Source: Erysipelotrichaceae bacterium (GTDB taxonomy: Bacteria > Bacillota_I > Bacilli_A > Erysipelotrichales > Erysipelotrichaceae). Taken from it: a stretch of 64,000 nucleotides of DNA. The notes beneath the pieces were generated by a model. The model had not been told where the DNA came from. It worked only from the letters and a program-made list of their open reading frames with translations, and ran no database searches. The stretch covers positions 47,922 to 111,921 of the forward strand of contig JAWRHV010000023.1 of NCBI GenBank assembly GCA_040266995.1. The letters run 5' to 3'. The stretch's first letter is position 1. Every line of letters starts with the position of its first letter. Shown here in pieces: positions 1 through 12,118 of this stretch. The position numbers were made by a program, and so were the translations under genes.

Positions 1-793
1 CCTGTCTGGCCTGATTGTATGCCAGCAGCAATTCTTCTTTTAACTCATCCGCATTATCTGTAGCAGCTTCCATCGCCATACGACGACTAGCCTGCTCACT
101 CGTTTTACTTTCTAAATAGCGTGTATAGACAATCGATTTGATTGCCATAGGTACAATAATAGCCAGCAATTCGGATTCCTGTGGTTCAAAATCCGTAATC
201 GCGTTGGTACCGATTTCCTGATTTTCTTCTCTTAATGTAACCGGAACAACGGTTTCCATGATCGGCTGGAATGTCAACGTGTTCTTATAATGTGTATACA
301 TCACCTGGATCCTGGAAATTTCCCCTTGTTCAAACAGGCGTAAAGCCTTTTCAAGAACAGAAGCTAACTCCTGATAGGCAATATCATTATTCAGATCCAT
401 CAATTCCGTTTCCACCTTGATGTCACGGGCACGCGCCCATGCGCATCCCTTAAAACCAATCATGACAATATGGTCATTTTCACGGATCTCATCCTTCAGG
501 ACACGAAACAAGTTCGCATTATACGATCCACACATTCCCATATCGCTGGTAAAAACAATCAGGAAGGCCGGTTTCCCTTCATTTTCATTCAAATAAACAG
601 AATCGGATTCATTGTTCTTCAAAGCAAAGTTCAACAATTGCTCAAAGGCAATCGCGTACTCCCGGTTATTGTCCATCAGCCGGCGCTGTTTTGTCAGTTC
701 CGTACTGGCAATCAGCTGCATGACCCGCGTGATCTTGGACGTAGATTCTACCGAACGGATACGATTCTTTATAGCCTGTCTGCTTTGTGCCAT
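1..793 (-). CDS. atpG: ATP synthase F1 gamma subunit; partial, C-terminal ~20 aa run off the window start
   Basis: Minus-strand translation from the ATG at 791-793 reads MAQSRQAI and ends ...RMAMEAATDNADELKEELLLAYNQARQ near position 1. This is F1-gamma-like. It sits directly downstream of atpA in the usual operon order. Confidence 0.85.
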   Translation of the reverse strand, partial: MAQSRQAIKNRIRSVESTSKITRVMQLIASTELTKQRRLMDNNREYAIAFEQLLNFALKNNESDSVYLNENEGKPAFLIVFTSDMGMCGSYNANLFRVLKDEIRENDHIVMIGFKGCAWARARDIKVETELMDLNNDIAYQELASVLEKALRLFEQGEISRIQVMYTHYKNTLTFQPIMETVVPVTLREENQEIGTNAITDFEPQESELLAIIVPMAIKSIVYTRYLESKTSEQASRRMAMEAATDNADELKEELLLAYNQARQ

Positions 794-795
794 TT

Positions 796-2316
796 TTAAG
801 CACCTTCAGACATTGTAAATACTTTCAGATAAGCTTCAATTGCGGTACGCATCTGTTGTTCCAGACTTTCATCCAGAGCCTTTTCTGTTTCTATACGGTC
901 AAATACATTCGGGTATTCCGAATGGACATAATTCAATAATCCCTCTTCAAATGCGTTGACCTGTTCCACAGCCACATTTTCCAGATATTTATGCTTCGCG
1001 GCATACAAAGACAATACCTGCTCAGATACGGACATCGGCTTGTATTGCTGCTGAATCAGCAGTCTTTCCAGACGGGCCCCGTGATCAAGGATGGATTTGG
1101 TTGTCGCGTCCAGATCGGATCCGAATTTGGAGAATGCTTCCATTTCATGGTATTGCGCCAATTCCAGTTTCAATGAATTGGATACTTGTTTCATAGCCTT
1201 TACCTGGGCAGCAGAGCCTACACGGCTGACGCTCAGACCGCTGTCTACACTCGGGCGAATACCGGCATTGAACATATCCGTATTCAAAAATATCTGTCCA
1301 TCGGTAATAGAAATTACGTTGGTCGGAATATATGCTGCAATATCGCCGGCCTGCGTTTCAATAATCGGGAGAGCCGTTAATGATCCGCCCCCGTATTCCG
1401 GGCTCAGTCGGGCAGCCCGCTCCAGTAAACGGGAATGCAAATAGAAAACATCCCCCGGATAAGCCTCTCGTCCCGGTGGACGACGAAGCAGTAAGGACAT
1501 GGTACGGTACGCAACAGCATGTTTGCTGAGGTCATCATAGATGATCAGAACATCCTGTCCCTGCTCCATCCACTCTTCACCCATCGCACATCCGGCATAT
1601 GGAGCCAGATACTGCAACGGAGCCGAATCGCTGGCTGTCGATACAACGATCGTTGTATATTCCATAGCGCCGGCCTGTTTCAATTTTTCAACAATTTGTG
1701 CGACCGTACTGGCTTTCTGCCCAATGGCCACATAAATACACTTTACATTTGTATCTTTCTGATTCAAGATCGTATCAATTGCTATGGCTGTCTTTCCGGT
1801 TTGACGATCCCCGATAATCAGCTCACGTTGTCCGCGACCGATAGGAATCATGGAATCCAGTACTTTTAAACCGGTCTGTAAAGGAACCGATACACTTTTT
1901 CGGGTCATAACACCCGGTGCCACTCGTTCAACCGGTCGTGTTTTCGTGCTTTCCACCGGACCTTGCCCGTCAATAGGCTGTCCTAATGCATTCAATACAC
2001 GTCCAAGCATGCAGTCTCCGACCGGAACTTCTACAATGTGGCCTGTCCTTTTTACCGGGTCTCCTTCTTTAATATCCGGATTGTCCCCCAGCAATACAAC
2101 ACCGACATGTTCCTGCTCCAGGTTCATGACCATTCCATATACATCATGAGGGAACAATAACAGTTCACTCATCATCGCATTTCGTAAACCATATACAATC
2201 GAGATACCATCACCAATGCTGATGACTGTACCACTTTCTGTCAATTCTAGATCCTGGTCGATATTTTGAATTTGGGCTTTAATCAATTTACTGATTTCTG
2301 CTGGATTTAAACTCAT
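796..2316 (-). CDS. atpA: ATP synthase F1 alpha subunit
   Basis: 506 aa with a Walker A motif GDRQTGKT and typical alpha-subunit blocks. It lies between the delta and gamma subunits. Confidence 0.95.
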   Translation of the reverse strand: MSLNPAEISKLIKAQIQNIDQDLELTESGTVISIGDGISIVYGLRNAMMSELLLFPHDVYGMVMNLEQEHVGVVLLGDNPDIKEGDPVKRTGHIVEVPVGDCMLGRVLNALGQPIDGQGPVESTKTRPVERVAPGVMTRKSVSVPLQTGLKVLDSMIPIGRGQRELIIGDRQTGKTAIAIDTILNQKDTNVKCIYVAIGQKASTVAQIVEKLKQAGAMEYTTIVVSTASDSAPLQYLAPYAGCAMGEEWMEQGQDVLIIYDDLSKHAVAYRTMSLLLRRPPGREAYPGDVFYLHSRLLERAARLSPEYGGGSLTALPIIETQAGDIAAYIPTNVISITDGQIFLNTDMFNAGIRPSVDSGLSVSRVGSAAQVKAMKQVSNSLKLELAQYHEMEAFSKFGSDLDATTKSILDHGARLERLLIQQQYKPMSVSEQVLSLYAAKHKYLENVAVEQVNAFEEGLLNYVHSEYPNVFDRIETEKALDESLEQQMRTAIEAYLKVFTMSEGA

Positions 2317-2329
2317 AGTATCACCTTTC

Positions 2330-2860
2330 CTATCCGCGTTTCATTCGTTCTTTCATCGCTTCCGCTCTTGAAACAATCGTGTTGTCGAGAACGAATTGAC
2401 TCGTTTGCACGCGTAAGCCTGCAATCAGACTCTTGTCTGTATTTATTAACAATTCCACGTTTTTCTTTAATTTCTGTGTCAATAAAGCCTTTAAAGCTTT
2501 CATCTGCTGTTCATCCAATTCACTGGCTGAAGTCACGTTTACCACTTCGATCTGATGGTCTTTATAATAGTTCTCACGATAGGCCAGAAATATTTCCGGT
2601 ATATACGCACTGACATCATGCATGACCAAGACCTGGTTAAAGCGATAAATCAAGGGATCCAGTTCCTGTTTAAATACAGTATCCAGAACCTCTTGCTTCT
2701 TCACCCGTGTCACCTTTGGATGTTTCAAAAACTGCACCAGTTCCGGATTCGATTTCCAGATACCAGCCAGTTCCTCCAGCCGATCCATCACTTCTTCTGA
2801 CTGATCGTTTGTCTGCGCAATTTCATATAGTGCCTGACTATAAGGGGAAACATCTACCAT
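2330..2860 (-). CDS. atpH: ATP synthase F1 delta (OSCP) subunit
   Basis: 176 aa, located between the b and alpha subunits. The sequence is OSCP-like. Confidence 0.8.
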   Translation of the reverse strand: MVDVSPYSQALYEIAQTNDQSEEVMDRLEELAGIWKSNPELVQFLKHPKVTRVKKQEVLDTVFKQELDPLIYRFNQVLVMHDVSAYIPEIFLAYRENYYKDHQIEVVNVTSASELDEQQMKALKALLTQKLKKNVELLINTDKSLIAGLRVQTSQFVLDNTIVSRAEAMKERMKRG

Positions 2861-3369
2861 TGCTGATCCCCTGCCTGTTGAATAAAGTCATCCACAAATT
2901 TTTTCTGGATTTCTTCATCCATTTCTTTTTCAATCAGTTTTTTCGCCGCTTCCATCGCTACATCGCTGATTGCATCACGCATATCCTGCTGTGCTTTGCG
3001 ACGATCACGCTGAATCTCTTCCTGCGCTCTTTCCTTGATACGGAATGCTTCGTTCTCGGCCTGCTCGATAATCTGGCGTTTTTGCTGATCTGCATTGACA
3101 CGTGCTGTTTCAATGATCGCATGAGCATCTTTGCCGGCATCCTTCATCTTTTCGTCATATTTTTCTTTTTCTGCTAAAGCAGCTGCCTTTAGCTGCTCAG
3201 AAGAATCAATGTTTTCCTGAATTAAATCCTGTCTTTTCTGGATAAAACCCAGAATCTTATCCCAGAAAAAGTGTTTCGCAAACAAAATAATCAAGCCAGT
3301 AGAAATCAACACCATGACAACATCCTGCAAAGAAATACGCAGATAATTCGCAACGTTAAAATCTACCAT
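2854..3369 (-). CDS. atpF: ATP synthase F0 b subunit
   Basis: 171 aa with an N-terminal transmembrane helix and a long charged coiled-coil region. Its operon position fits the b subunit. Confidence 0.8.
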   Translation of the reverse strand: MVDFNVANYLRISLQDVVMVLISTGLIILFAKHFFWDKILGFIQKRQDLIQENIDSSEQLKAAALAEKEKYDEKMKDAGKDAHAIIETARVNADQQKRQIIEQAENEAFRIKERAQEEIQRDRRKAQQDMRDAISDVAMEAAKKLIEKEMDEEIQKKFVDDFIQQAGDQQW

Positions 3370-3381
3370 GTTCGTATCCTC

Positions 3382-4344
<963 letters not shown>

Positions 4345-4352
<8 letters not shown>

Positions 4353-4710
4353 CGCTGTTATTCCTTTCTGTATACGTATAGATAAACAAAGATGCTTTAT
4401 GACAAAGAAATCCGACCAGCATGGAAAGCACCGGTATACGCAGATAGGCGCCCAATCCGAAAATTAACGCATAAACGACATACCGGGCCGCATAGCCGGC
4501 TGCTCCTTTTGTCTTTCCATCTTCTTGACCGGACAGAGTATCGACCATCGATAGGATCATCTGATAGCCTATCAACCCTGTGCCGGCCCCGATCCAGACA
4601 CCCAGGCAGGCTTGCCAGCCGAAGATCCACAACGCCAGCAATGAACCTCCTGCACTTAAGCCTACCGTTGTACGGCGTATGAACCGGTTCATCTTTTTTA
4701 ATTGATTCAT
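4345..4710 (-). CDS. atpI: AtpI-like small membrane protein (ATP synthase protein I)
   Basis: 121 aa hydrophobic protein overlapping the atpB start by 8 nt. It is in the upp-atpI-atpB position seen in Bacilli. Confidence 0.55.
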
Positions 4711-5331
4711 TTAGTCTGTACCGAAAATACGATCTCCCGCATCGCCCAGACCAGGTACGATATAACCGATTTCATTCAATTTTTCATCCAGTGCTGCCAG
4801 ATAGATATCAACATCCGGATGTTTTTCTTCAATCACCTTAACTCCTTCCGGTACGCCGACCAGACATACTAGACGGATTCGTGTAGCCCCTTGCTTTTTG
4901 CACATATCAATGGCAGCTGCGGCCGATCCGCCGGTCGCCAGCATCGGGTCAACAATAATAACATCCATGTCGGCAAAACCCTTTGGATATTTTTCAAAAT
5001 AAGGAACCGGCTGTAAAGTCTCTTCATCACGATATAAACCGATATGGGCAATCTTAGCCGTAGGAACCAACGCCTGGATACCGGCTACCATTCCCAACCC
5101 GGCACGAAGGATCGGAACCAATGCGACATCCTTGGCCAGTTTTTTACCGATGCATTTTCCCATCGGCGTTTCGATCTCGACATCCTTGGTCTCCAGATCA
5201 CGCAGGGCTTCATAAACCATTAATGACCCAATCTCATCCAGATTCTCCCGAAACCAGATATTCGGCGATTCTTTGTCTCTCATAATTGTTAACTTATGAT
5301 CGATCAATGGGTGTGACAATACTTTCAACAT
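4711..5331 (-). CDS. upp: uracil phosphoribosyltransferase
   Basis: The ORF reads [19 protein letters not shown]... with the PRPP-binding motif [14 protein letters not shown] started it at the second Met, MLKV. Confidence 0.9.
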   Translation of the reverse strand: MLKVLSHPLIDHKLTIMRDKESPNIWFRENLDEIGSLMVYEALRDLETKDVEIETPMGKCIGKKLAKDVALVPILRAGLGMVAGIQALVPTAKIAHIGLYRDEETLQPVPYFEKYPKGFADMDVIIVDPMLATGGSAAAAIDMCKKQGATRIRLVCLVGVPEGVKVIEEKHPDVDIYLAALDEKLNEIGYIVPGLGDAGDRIFGTD

Positions 5332-5348
5332 ACAATTTCCTCCTCGTG

Positions 5349-6116
5349 TCATTCATTGTATAGATCCATACCCAGAGATGTGATGGTATGCTGCCCAGCA
5401 GCTTCCCAGTCGATCCCTGTATACGGTAGATCCCTCTTTAAAAATGTATTTTGTAAAACATCCAAGGCCAGTTCCGGATTGTTGGCCTCTTCGGATAAAT
5501 GTGCCAATACAATTCTTTTTGTATTGGTGTTGATCAATCCTGTCAAACAGGAAGAAGCATCTTCGTTATTTAAATGCCCGCTGTCTCCCAGTATCCTCTG
5601 CTTGACAAACATCGGCCGCCGGGTCTTCATCAAGGTGGCCACATCATGATTGCTTTCAAATATATAGTAATCGGCATTCTCCAGATACTTTTTCTCATGG
5701 TTCGGAATATATCCGGTATCGGTAATATAAACCAGTTTTTCTTCCGGTGTTTCCAGAACATAGCCGACCGTTTTCGGTGCATCATGGCTCAGCCCGATGA
5801 CCCGGATATGAAGATCTTTGACATCAAACTGGGACAAAGGACGCACGATCCGATGCTGGCTGCAATCCTCCAGATCACAGTATGAATAGATCGGAAGATC
5901 CCGAAAATGTTTTAGTTGGGCGATATGATCTTTGTGGGTGTGCGTTATCAAAACGGCATCCATATCCTTCTTTTTCACACCGGCCTGCATAAATGCCTGT
6001 GTCAGATATTTTTTGGTCGAACCACAGTCGATCATCAACTGCGTATCCTTGTGCCGGATAATACAACAGTTTCCTTTGGAGCCGCTGCATAATAGATCAA
6101 CCCGCATAGATATCAT
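5349..6116 (-). CDS. MBL-fold metallo-hydrolase (YycJ-like)
   Basis: 255 aa with the HxHxDH motif (ITHTHKDHI). Confidence 0.75.
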   Translation of the reverse strand: MISMRVDLLCSGSKGNCCIIRHKDTQLMIDCGSTKKYLTQAFMQAGVKKKDMDAVLITHTHKDHIAQLKHFRDLPIYSYCDLEDCSQHRIVRPLSQFDVKDLHIRVIGLSHDAPKTVGYVLETPEEKLVYITDTGYIPNHEKKYLENADYYIFESNHDVATLMKTRRPMFVKQRILGDSGHLNNEDASSCLTGLINTNTKRIVLAHLSEEANNPELALDVLQNTFLKRDLPYTGIDWEAAGQHTITSLGMDLYNE

Positions 6117-7446
6117 CTCCCGTTACAGCCGCATAATTTGTAAAGCGGGATATGTTCTTTTCAAAAGCCAGCTGGATCCGTCCGATGGACCCGTTACGAT
6201 GCTTCGCCAGTGTCAGATCGATCACTTCGGTTTCCTCTTGTTCTTCTTTTTCTTTATCGTAATAATTTTTCCGATATAAGAACATGACAATATCCGCATC
6301 CTGTTCGATTGAACCGGACTCACGTAAATCCGATAACTGCGGTTCGTGGTCCTGGCGCTCCTCTACCCTTCGAGACAACTGTGACAGCGCGATGACCGGA
6401 CAATCCATCTCCTTGGCAAGGATCTTCAGATTTCGGGATATATCGGATACCTCCTGCTGCCGGGAATCCGCCCGCGTTCCTGTAATTAACTGCAGATAGT
6501 CGATAACGACCAAAGATAACGTTCCATACTCACTTTTCAGCTTACGACATTTGGAAAAGATCTGAGATACCCGGATACTGCTGGTATCATCAATAAAGAT
6601 CATTCGTTCGGACAGTCGCGAAGCTGCTTCGTTAAGCTTGGACATATCCGCATCGCTCAGCTTGCCGTTACGCAGTTTATCCGACTGGATCCGGCTTTCA
6701 CAGCTCATCAGACGTTTCATCAAGGAGTCGGCCGGCATTTCCAGAGAGAATAAGGCAACGCAGCCATCGTTTCGCTTAGCCACTTGATTGACAAAGTTCA
6801 ACGCCAACGCACTTTTCCCCATCGCCGGACGTGCGGCCAAAATGATCATATCTCCGCGCTGAAATCCGTTAGTAATCGCATCCAGTGCGGAGTAGCCGGT
6901 CTTAATGCCGGTAACCCCCCTGTGATTCCGCAATTCATTCAGCTGCTCGATGACCCGTGTCGAAATCTCCCGGCTCGATTCAAATTCAGCTCCACGGCGA
7001 TTTCGCGTCACTTCCATAATGGAGCGCTCGGCCTCGTCCAGCACCGTATCAATGTCTTCGCTTTCCTGGTAGCTTCGACTGGCAATCTGATCGGCTGTAT
7101 AGATCAAACGACGGAGCTGTGCTTTATTTTTGATTTCCTCAATATAAGAATGCACCATAGCCGGACTGATGGCCGCATCGGCCAGCCCCAGGATATAATC
7201 CGTTCCTCCGGCACTATCCAGCTGCTGTTTATCATTCAAACGCGAGATGACCGTCATCTGATCGATCGGCATCGAGGATTCCTGGATTTCCATCATACAT
7301 TCAAACAAACGCTGATGAGCCGGAAGATAGAACTCTTCAGCCATCAGATCCAGGTCCTGACAATCCGCCATTACATTCGGAAATACCATTAACGCCCCAA
7401 GTACCGCACTCTCCAGATTCTGGCTATTCGGTAATTCTCTTGGCAT
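6097..7446 (-). CDS. dnaB: replicative DNA helicase DnaB
   Basis: 449 aa with Walker A (AARPAMGKSA) and the DnaB C-terminal RecA-like domain. The dnaB-rplI synteny supports the call. Confidence 0.9.
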   Translation of the reverse strand: MPRELPNSQNLESAVLGALMVFPNVMADCQDLDLMAEEFYLPAHQRLFECMMEIQESSMPIDQMTVISRLNDKQQLDSAGGTDYILGLADAAISPAMVHSYIEEIKNKAQLRRLIYTADQIASRSYQESEDIDTVLDEAERSIMEVTRNRRGAEFESSREISTRVIEQLNELRNHRGVTGIKTGYSALDAITNGFQRGDMIILAARPAMGKSALALNFVNQVAKRNDGCVALFSLEMPADSLMKRLMSCESRIQSDKLRNGKLSDADMSKLNEAASRLSERMIFIDDTSSIRVSQIFSKCRKLKSEYGTLSLVVIDYLQLITGTRADSRQQEVSDISRNLKILAKEMDCPVIALSQLSRRVEERQDHEPQLSDLRESGSIEQDADIVMFLYRKNYYDKEKEEQEETEVIDLTLAKHRNGSIGRIQLAFEKNISRFTNYAAVTGDDIYAG

Positions 7447-7449
7447 GGC

Positions 7450-7899
7450 TTATCCTTTCTCACGTACTCTTACGATAATTTCTCCGATGACCTGGTTTTT
7501 GTACAGATCCACTTTCACACGGGTCGTTCCCAGTGAAGCGATGGGCTGTTCCAATAAAATCTTACGTTTTTCGATCTTAATGTCCTTTTTGGCCAGTTCA
7601 GATACAATATTTTTGGACGAAACCGACCCGAAGACCTGCCCTTCTTTACCTGTATTCAAATAGAATTCGACCGGAGTATCTTCCAACAGCTTCTTGATCT
7701 CCAGTGCTTCTTCTTTTAACTCATCTTCCCTTTTCTGTTTTTCTTCCATCTGACGGTTCAACACTTTTTTGGATCCTTCCGTATACGCAACAGCGTATCC
7801 GTTCTTGATCAGAAAGTTACGGGCATAGCCATCGCTAACCTCCTTGACTTCATCCTTTTTTCCGACTTTGCGGACATCTTTAAGTAAGATTATTTTCAT
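7450..7899 (-). CDS. rplI: 50S ribosomal protein L9
   Basis: 149 aa starting MKIILLKDVRKVGKKDEVKEVSDGYARNFL, which is a typical L9 N-terminus. Confidence 0.95.
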   Translation of the reverse strand: MKIILLKDVRKVGKKDEVKEVSDGYARNFLIKNGYAVAYTEGSKKVLNRQMEEKQKREDELKEEALEIKKLLEDTPVEFYLNTGKEGQVFGSVSSKNIVSELAKKDIKIEKRKILLEQPIASLGTTRVKVDLYKNQVIGEIIVRVREKG

Positions 7900-9847
7900 A
7901 CGTTTCCTCCTTCAGCATCTGTAACAAGACACCCTTCAGCTCCTCCGGTGAAAGATCTTCTCTTTCTACCGCAGCGGCGCTGAAATGGCCACCTCCCTGC
8001 AATCCTTCCATGATCTTCTGCACGTTAAAGGTGCCGTCACTTCGGGCACTGACAGCTGTCACCTGCCGACTGCCATTCAGAGGGGCAATCACAAAGGAGG
8101 CCACACAGCCCTGGATCGTCAGTAAAGACTGGGCGATCTTCGCTAACATTGTCTTGTCCACACTCTCATCTTCTATACAAGCGACCATGAAACGTCCAAA
8201 ATATGGAATAGCTTCCTGGATCAGACGATTCTTGGTGCTGAATTCGCTGTAGTCCACACACAAGGCCTTTTCCGCATAGGCAGCATTGGCTCCCCAGACA
8301 CGCAAGGTCGAAGCCGCGCCAAAGGTACGAGCGTCGGTGTGCATTTTAAACCGGTTGGTATCTACCAGGATCCCCAGATACATCATTGTCGCTTCCGGTT
8401 CATAGATCGGGACATGGTTCGGAATGGTTTCCAGCATTTCCGTAATCAGCTCACAAGCCGAACTGGATGTGCTTTCCACATATGCCAGCATCGAATTCGG
8501 AACAAAATTAGAGCCTCTTCGATGATGGTCGATCACAATGATCTTACGGCATCGCGATATAAACGCACTGGCACTGGATATAGCCGGTACTCCATGATCG
8601 ACCATGATCAAAAGATCGCTTTTCGGATCGATCATGGCGTCCGCTTGTTCCGGGGATATGAAATGATGCCGGTTGACCAGATTTTTTCGATAGTAATCCA
8701 TCGCATTTTGCAGCTGAACATCCCTTGGTACATCCTTCAATACAATATTGGCTGTCTTGCCGATGGATTTCACCCAGCTGGAAACCCCTAACGCAGAGCC
8801 CATACAGTCAAAATCACTGTCCACATGGCCGGCAATAAAAATGTTGCCTGCTTCCAGCATAGCGCCCTGAATGGATTGTGCCATGGTATGCACCCGCACC
8901 TTGGAGCGCTGGGAACTGCTCTCGCTGTTTCCGCCGACATACTGGATGGTTCCATCTACATGCCGGAACGCCACCTGATCGCCACCACGGCTTTGTGCCA
9001 GTTCGATCAGCTGGTTGACCATCGCATCCAGCTGTCCATAGTTGTTGGTTCCATACGCAAAAGCCATGCTTAAAGTGATGGAAACATCCATCTGTTTGGC
9101 ATGATCTTTAATTGTCTGCAGGATGGAAAAGTCCTCCTGTCTGGCTTTATCGAATATTTCGGTATTTAATACCAGAAAAAAGCGGTCCGACCGAAGGCGT
9201 CGGATCAACATCCCTCTTTCTTTCGCCCACTTGATTAAAGCGGAGCGTAAATTGACATTGATGGCCGCCATTATTTCTTCATTTTCATACGCCTGGTACT
9301 CCATATAATTATCGAGAACCATCATGCCGACTACGACACTGTTTTCCCGGCTATGTCGCCGCAGACGTTCATATTCCGTTACATCCCGCACAAACAGCAC
9401 GTTGGAATCTTCCTTGCGGGTGATCTCATACGCTGCTGAGTTATTATATCCGATAATGTAATCCACTTCTTCTTCAAATAAAGTTCGTATTTCACGGATC
9501 CAGGATGTAACCCGTTTATTGACTATATCAATATTTCTTTCTTTAAAAAACTCGGATGTCCATGTGACATTGTACTCATCATCATACGTCAACAGGCCGA
9601 TATTCCCGAAATTCAATGCATCCTTGGCATCACGGCCCAGAAAGCGCGTAATATCCACTTCCGCTTCGATCCGCTTTTTCCGCGCTCCGTTCCAGAGCCC
9701 CATAAATGCGATCAGAGACAATATCGTAATCAAGATCACGGCTGCTAAAACAGCCCATTGTTCATGCAAGCCCAGGTAGGCGCAATAAACAACGGAAACT
9801 AAAAACGCTGTTGCCATGAGTACATTCCATCGTCTTAAACCCTTCAT
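7880..9847 (-). CDS. gdpP: cyclic-di-AMP phosphodiesterase GdpP (TM-PAS-degenerate GGDEF-DHH/DHHA1)
   Basis: 655 aa with N-terminal transmembrane helices and a DHH domain. The DHHA1 GGGH motif is present (LQGGGHFSAAA). Its position between yybS and rplI fits. Confidence 0.85.
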   Translation of the reverse strand: MKGLRRWNVLMATAFLVSVVYCAYLGLHEQWAVLAAVILITILSLIAFMGLWNGARKKRIEAEVDITRFLGRDAKDALNFGNIGLLTYDDEYNVTWTSEFFKERNIDIVNKRVTSWIREIRTLFEEEVDYIIGYNNSAAYEITRKEDSNVLFVRDVTEYERLRRHSRENSVVVGMMVLDNYMEYQAYENEEIMAAINVNLRSALIKWAKERGMLIRRLRSDRFFLVLNTEIFDKARQEDFSILQTIKDHAKQMDVSITLSMAFAYGTNNYGQLDAMVNQLIELAQSRGGDQVAFRHVDGTIQYVGGNSESSSQRSKVRVHTMAQSIQGAMLEAGNIFIAGHVDSDFDCMGSALGVSSWVKSIGKTANIVLKDVPRDVQLQNAMDYYRKNLVNRHHFISPEQADAMIDPKSDLLIMVDHGVPAISSASAFISRCRKIIVIDHHRRGSNFVPNSMLAYVESTSSSACELITEMLETIPNHVPIYEPEATMMYLGILVDTNRFKMHTDARTFGAASTLRVWGANAAYAEKALCVDYSEFSTKNRLIQEAIPYFGRFMVACIEDESVDKTMLAKIAQSLLTIQGCVASFVIAPLNGSRQVTAVSARSDGTFNVQKIMEGLQGGGHFSAAAVEREDLSPEELKGVLLQMLKEETYENNLT

Positions 9848-10779
9848 AATTCTTCCTCATATCCAATGCGATTGCGAAGCTGCAATAAGGAATCCAGTTC
9901 TCCCATCACCATCCAAATAAAATTCACAACCGGGATAAACGCTCCCATAATTGCCAAAAATGCAAGACTTCTTCTTTTGGTTCGAGCGGCTTTTGACAAA
10001 AAATACAAAACGCCCAGATAATCCAGCACCATGCAATCTACAATAAAAACGATCTGTAAAATATCCGTAGCTCTTGTATTTAATTCTACCATATTTTGAC
10101 ACAAAAGGAACACGAGACAGATGATCAATGACACAAAACCAACCCAGCGTGGAGAACGCATCTTGCGAACCGGTGTAATGGCCGGAATCGGGATGCGCAT
10201 GCGAAGACAGATCATCAGAGCAACCAGATGAATACACAATCCTTCCAATATTCCCATCAGAAGTACAAACAAAAAAATCAGTACGTTCAGGTGGATCACC
10301 GGAAAATAGTGCGTATAGACAGATAACTCGGTCGCCAGATCGTAGCCGAAGATGCCCGCCCATAGATAGACGGTCATACCCGTACCGATGATCGACAACA
10401 AGGCCGCCAGAGAAAAATTCACCATGTTTTTCCAGTGGTGATAGATTCCCGCCCCATAGACATATCCAGTCAAAATAGCTGACCAGCTGTAGAACCATGT
10501 AGTAAAGGCACCAAACAATAGGGTCATCAATGCCATCGCAACCGCCGGAATACCGGAGATCCGGGCACCGTTGGTCGCTGTATAGATCAAGATAGGAAAC
10601 GCAAAGAGCCATGAAGCACTGGTTTCGATTGCCAGCGCCGTCTGTTGATTTGCGAACAATAAAAGACCGTATATACCGCAGACCATAGCGCCGCGTGTTA
10701 ATTGATGTGTGTTCATATGTGCATATTTTACTCTATTTGCGCATAAATGAAAAGCCAGCCAATCCAGACAATCCGCCAA
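9844..10779 (-). CDS. yybS: YybS-family integral membrane protein (DUF2232)
   Basis: About 300 aa polytopic membrane protein directly upstream of and overlapping gdpP. The true start may be an internal Met near 10716. Confidence 0.7.
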   Translation of the reverse strand: MADCLDWLAFHLCANRVKYAHMNTHQLTRGAMVCGIYGLLLFANQQTALAIETSASWLFAFPILIYTATNGARISGIPAVAMALMTLLFGAFTTWFYSWSAILTGYVYGAGIYHHWKNMVNFSLAALLSIIGTGMTVYLWAGIFGYDLATELSVYTHYFPVIHLNVLIFLFVLLMGILEGLCIHLVALMICLRMRIPIPAITPVRKMRSPRWVGFVSLIICLVFLLCQNMVELNTRATDILQIVFIVDCMVLDYLGVLYFLSKAARTKRRSLAFLAIMGAFIPVVNFIWMVMGELDSLLQLRNRIGYEEEL

Positions 10780-10783
10780 AAGT

Positions 10784-10815
10784 GTAAAAAAAAAACTGCG
10801 GTCTGCACCACAGTT
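10784..10815 (-). terminator. intrinsic terminator after rpsR
   Basis: Hairpin AACTGCGG-loop-CCACAGTT (10794-10815) followed on the minus strand by a U-run, the complement of the A-run at 10784-10795. Confidence 0.7.
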
Positions 10816-10826
10816 TATATTTTGAA

Positions 10827-11057
10827 TTAATCGACTACGTATGGTAACAATGCCATTTGACGAGCCCGTTTAATAGCAACTGCTAACATTCTCTGGTATT
10901 TAGCACGTGTACCGGTTACACGTCTAGGAATGATCTTTCCGTTGGCATTGATAAAACGCTTTAACAATTCAACATCTTTGTAGTCGATGTATTTAATTTT
11001 ATTTTTTGTAAAATAACAGATCTTTTTACGACCCATACGTTGTTTTCTAAAAGCCAT
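10827..11057 (-). CDS. rpsR: 30S ribosomal protein S18
   Basis: The C-terminal block reads [26 protein letters not shown]...RRVTGT.AKYQR.LA.AIKRAR. I started it at [12 protein letters not shown] (11057) rather than the longer ORF. Confidence 0.9.
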   Translation of the reverse strand: MAFRKQRMGRKKICYFTKNKIKYIDYKDVELLKRFINANGKIIPRRVTGTRAKYQRMLAVAIKRARQMALLPYVVD

Positions 11058-11070
11058 CTCTTTATCCTTT

Positions 11071-11565
11071 CTAGAATGGTAAATCATCACTGGCAATATC
11101 CAGTGTGTCATTTACATCAAATGAATCGAATTCACTTGTCTCGGACTGTTGCGGCGCGCTGTATGTATTCTGTCCGTTGTATGAATTATACTGGCCAGAA
11201 TAACCGTTGGCCGACTGCTGTCCGTACGCGTTTTGCTGCGATTGCGCATTTTTAGGTTCCAGGAACTGAACACTGTCACTGATTACCTCGGTGACATAGA
11301 CTCTTTGTCCCTGTTGATTGTCATAGTTACGCGTCTGAATGCGCCCTTCCACACCAATCAAAGAACCTTTATGTAAATATTGTGCCATCAGCTCTGCGGT
11401 CCGATTCCATGCCACACAGTTGATGAAGTCGGCATCCGGCTGACCCGGCTGTGAACTTCTACGGCCTACTGCCAATGTGTAGGAAACCACACTGGCTCCA
11501 CTTTGTGTTTTTCTCAATTCAGGCTCTCTAGTCAGACGCCCTACCAAAATTACTCGATTGATCAT
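11071..11565 (-). CDS. ssb: single-stranded DNA-binding protein
   Basis: 164 aa starting [20 protein letters not shown] with an OB fold. It has a Gln/Tyr/Gly-rich tail and an acidic C-terminus ending DDLPF. Confidence 0.95.
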   Translation of the reverse strand: MINRVILVGRLTREPELRKTQSGASVVSYTLAVGRRSSQPGQPDADFINCVAWNRTAELMAQYLHKGSLIGVEGRIQTRNYDNQQGQRVYVTEVISDSVQFLEPKNAQSQQNAYGQQSANGYSGQYNSYNGQNTYSAPQQSETSEFDSFDVNDTLDIASDDLPF

Positions 11566-11577
11566 AAAACACTCCGT

Positions 11578-11871
11578 TTATTTCTCTTCTTCTGTTTTAA
11601 TAACCATGACACGGACAATGTTGTTGTTGATACGAGCCATACGCTGATATTCTGCAATACCTTCATTGTTGGCTGTTACGTTCATAACGGCATAATGTCC
11701 TTTTTTCATGTGATCGATTTCATATGCAAAATCACGGATTCCCCAGTCATCGAAAGAATCGATGGAACCTCCATGCTGGATGATTGAATTGTTCAGACGG
11801 TCTGTTACAGTCTGGAACTGTTCTTCATCTAAATTTGATTTTACAATGTACATGATCTCATACTTTTTCAT
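11578..11871 (-). CDS. rpsF: 30S ribosomal protein S6
   Basis: 97 aa starting MKKYEIMYIV.... The rpsF-ssb-rpsR operon order supports it. Confidence 0.9.
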   Translation of the reverse strand: MKKYEIMYIVKSNLDEEQFQTVTDRLNNSIIQHGGSIDSFDDWGIRDFAYEIDHMKKGHYAVMNVTANNEGIAEYQRMARINNNIVRVMVIKTEEEK

Positions 11872-12077
11872 CGCTGTACACCTCCCTTTGGACTTTGGTT
11901 TCTTTTTACAAGAAACAGAGAACAGGTAAAAACCTGCTAAATAATATTATCATTTCACTATGCGGATGTAAAGGTAAAATCGCCTTGTTTTATAGAAAAC
12001 GCCCAATCATTTCTAAAGTTTCTTTCCAGATCCCGTGCTGAAAGGAAGGTCTTTCTGTCCTTTATTATGGAAAGCAG

Positions 12078-12111
12078 TATAAAAAAGGACTCAATCTATA
12101 CGATTAAGTCC
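12078..12111 (-). terminator. intrinsic terminator after the methyltransferase gene
   Basis: GGACTCAATC-tatac-GATTAAGTCC stem (12087-12111) followed on the minus strand by UUUUUUAU. Confidence 0.7.
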
Positions 12112-12118
12112 TGTCAAA

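Noticed and set aside
9857-10612. 251-aa alternative-frame ORF inside yybS, and many 60-200 aa ORFs antisense or out of frame within atpA, dnaB, gdpP, the GH32 gene, the SPFH gene and others
   Set aside because: These are shadow ORFs. They lie entirely inside longer, well-supported genes and have no motif content or RBS.
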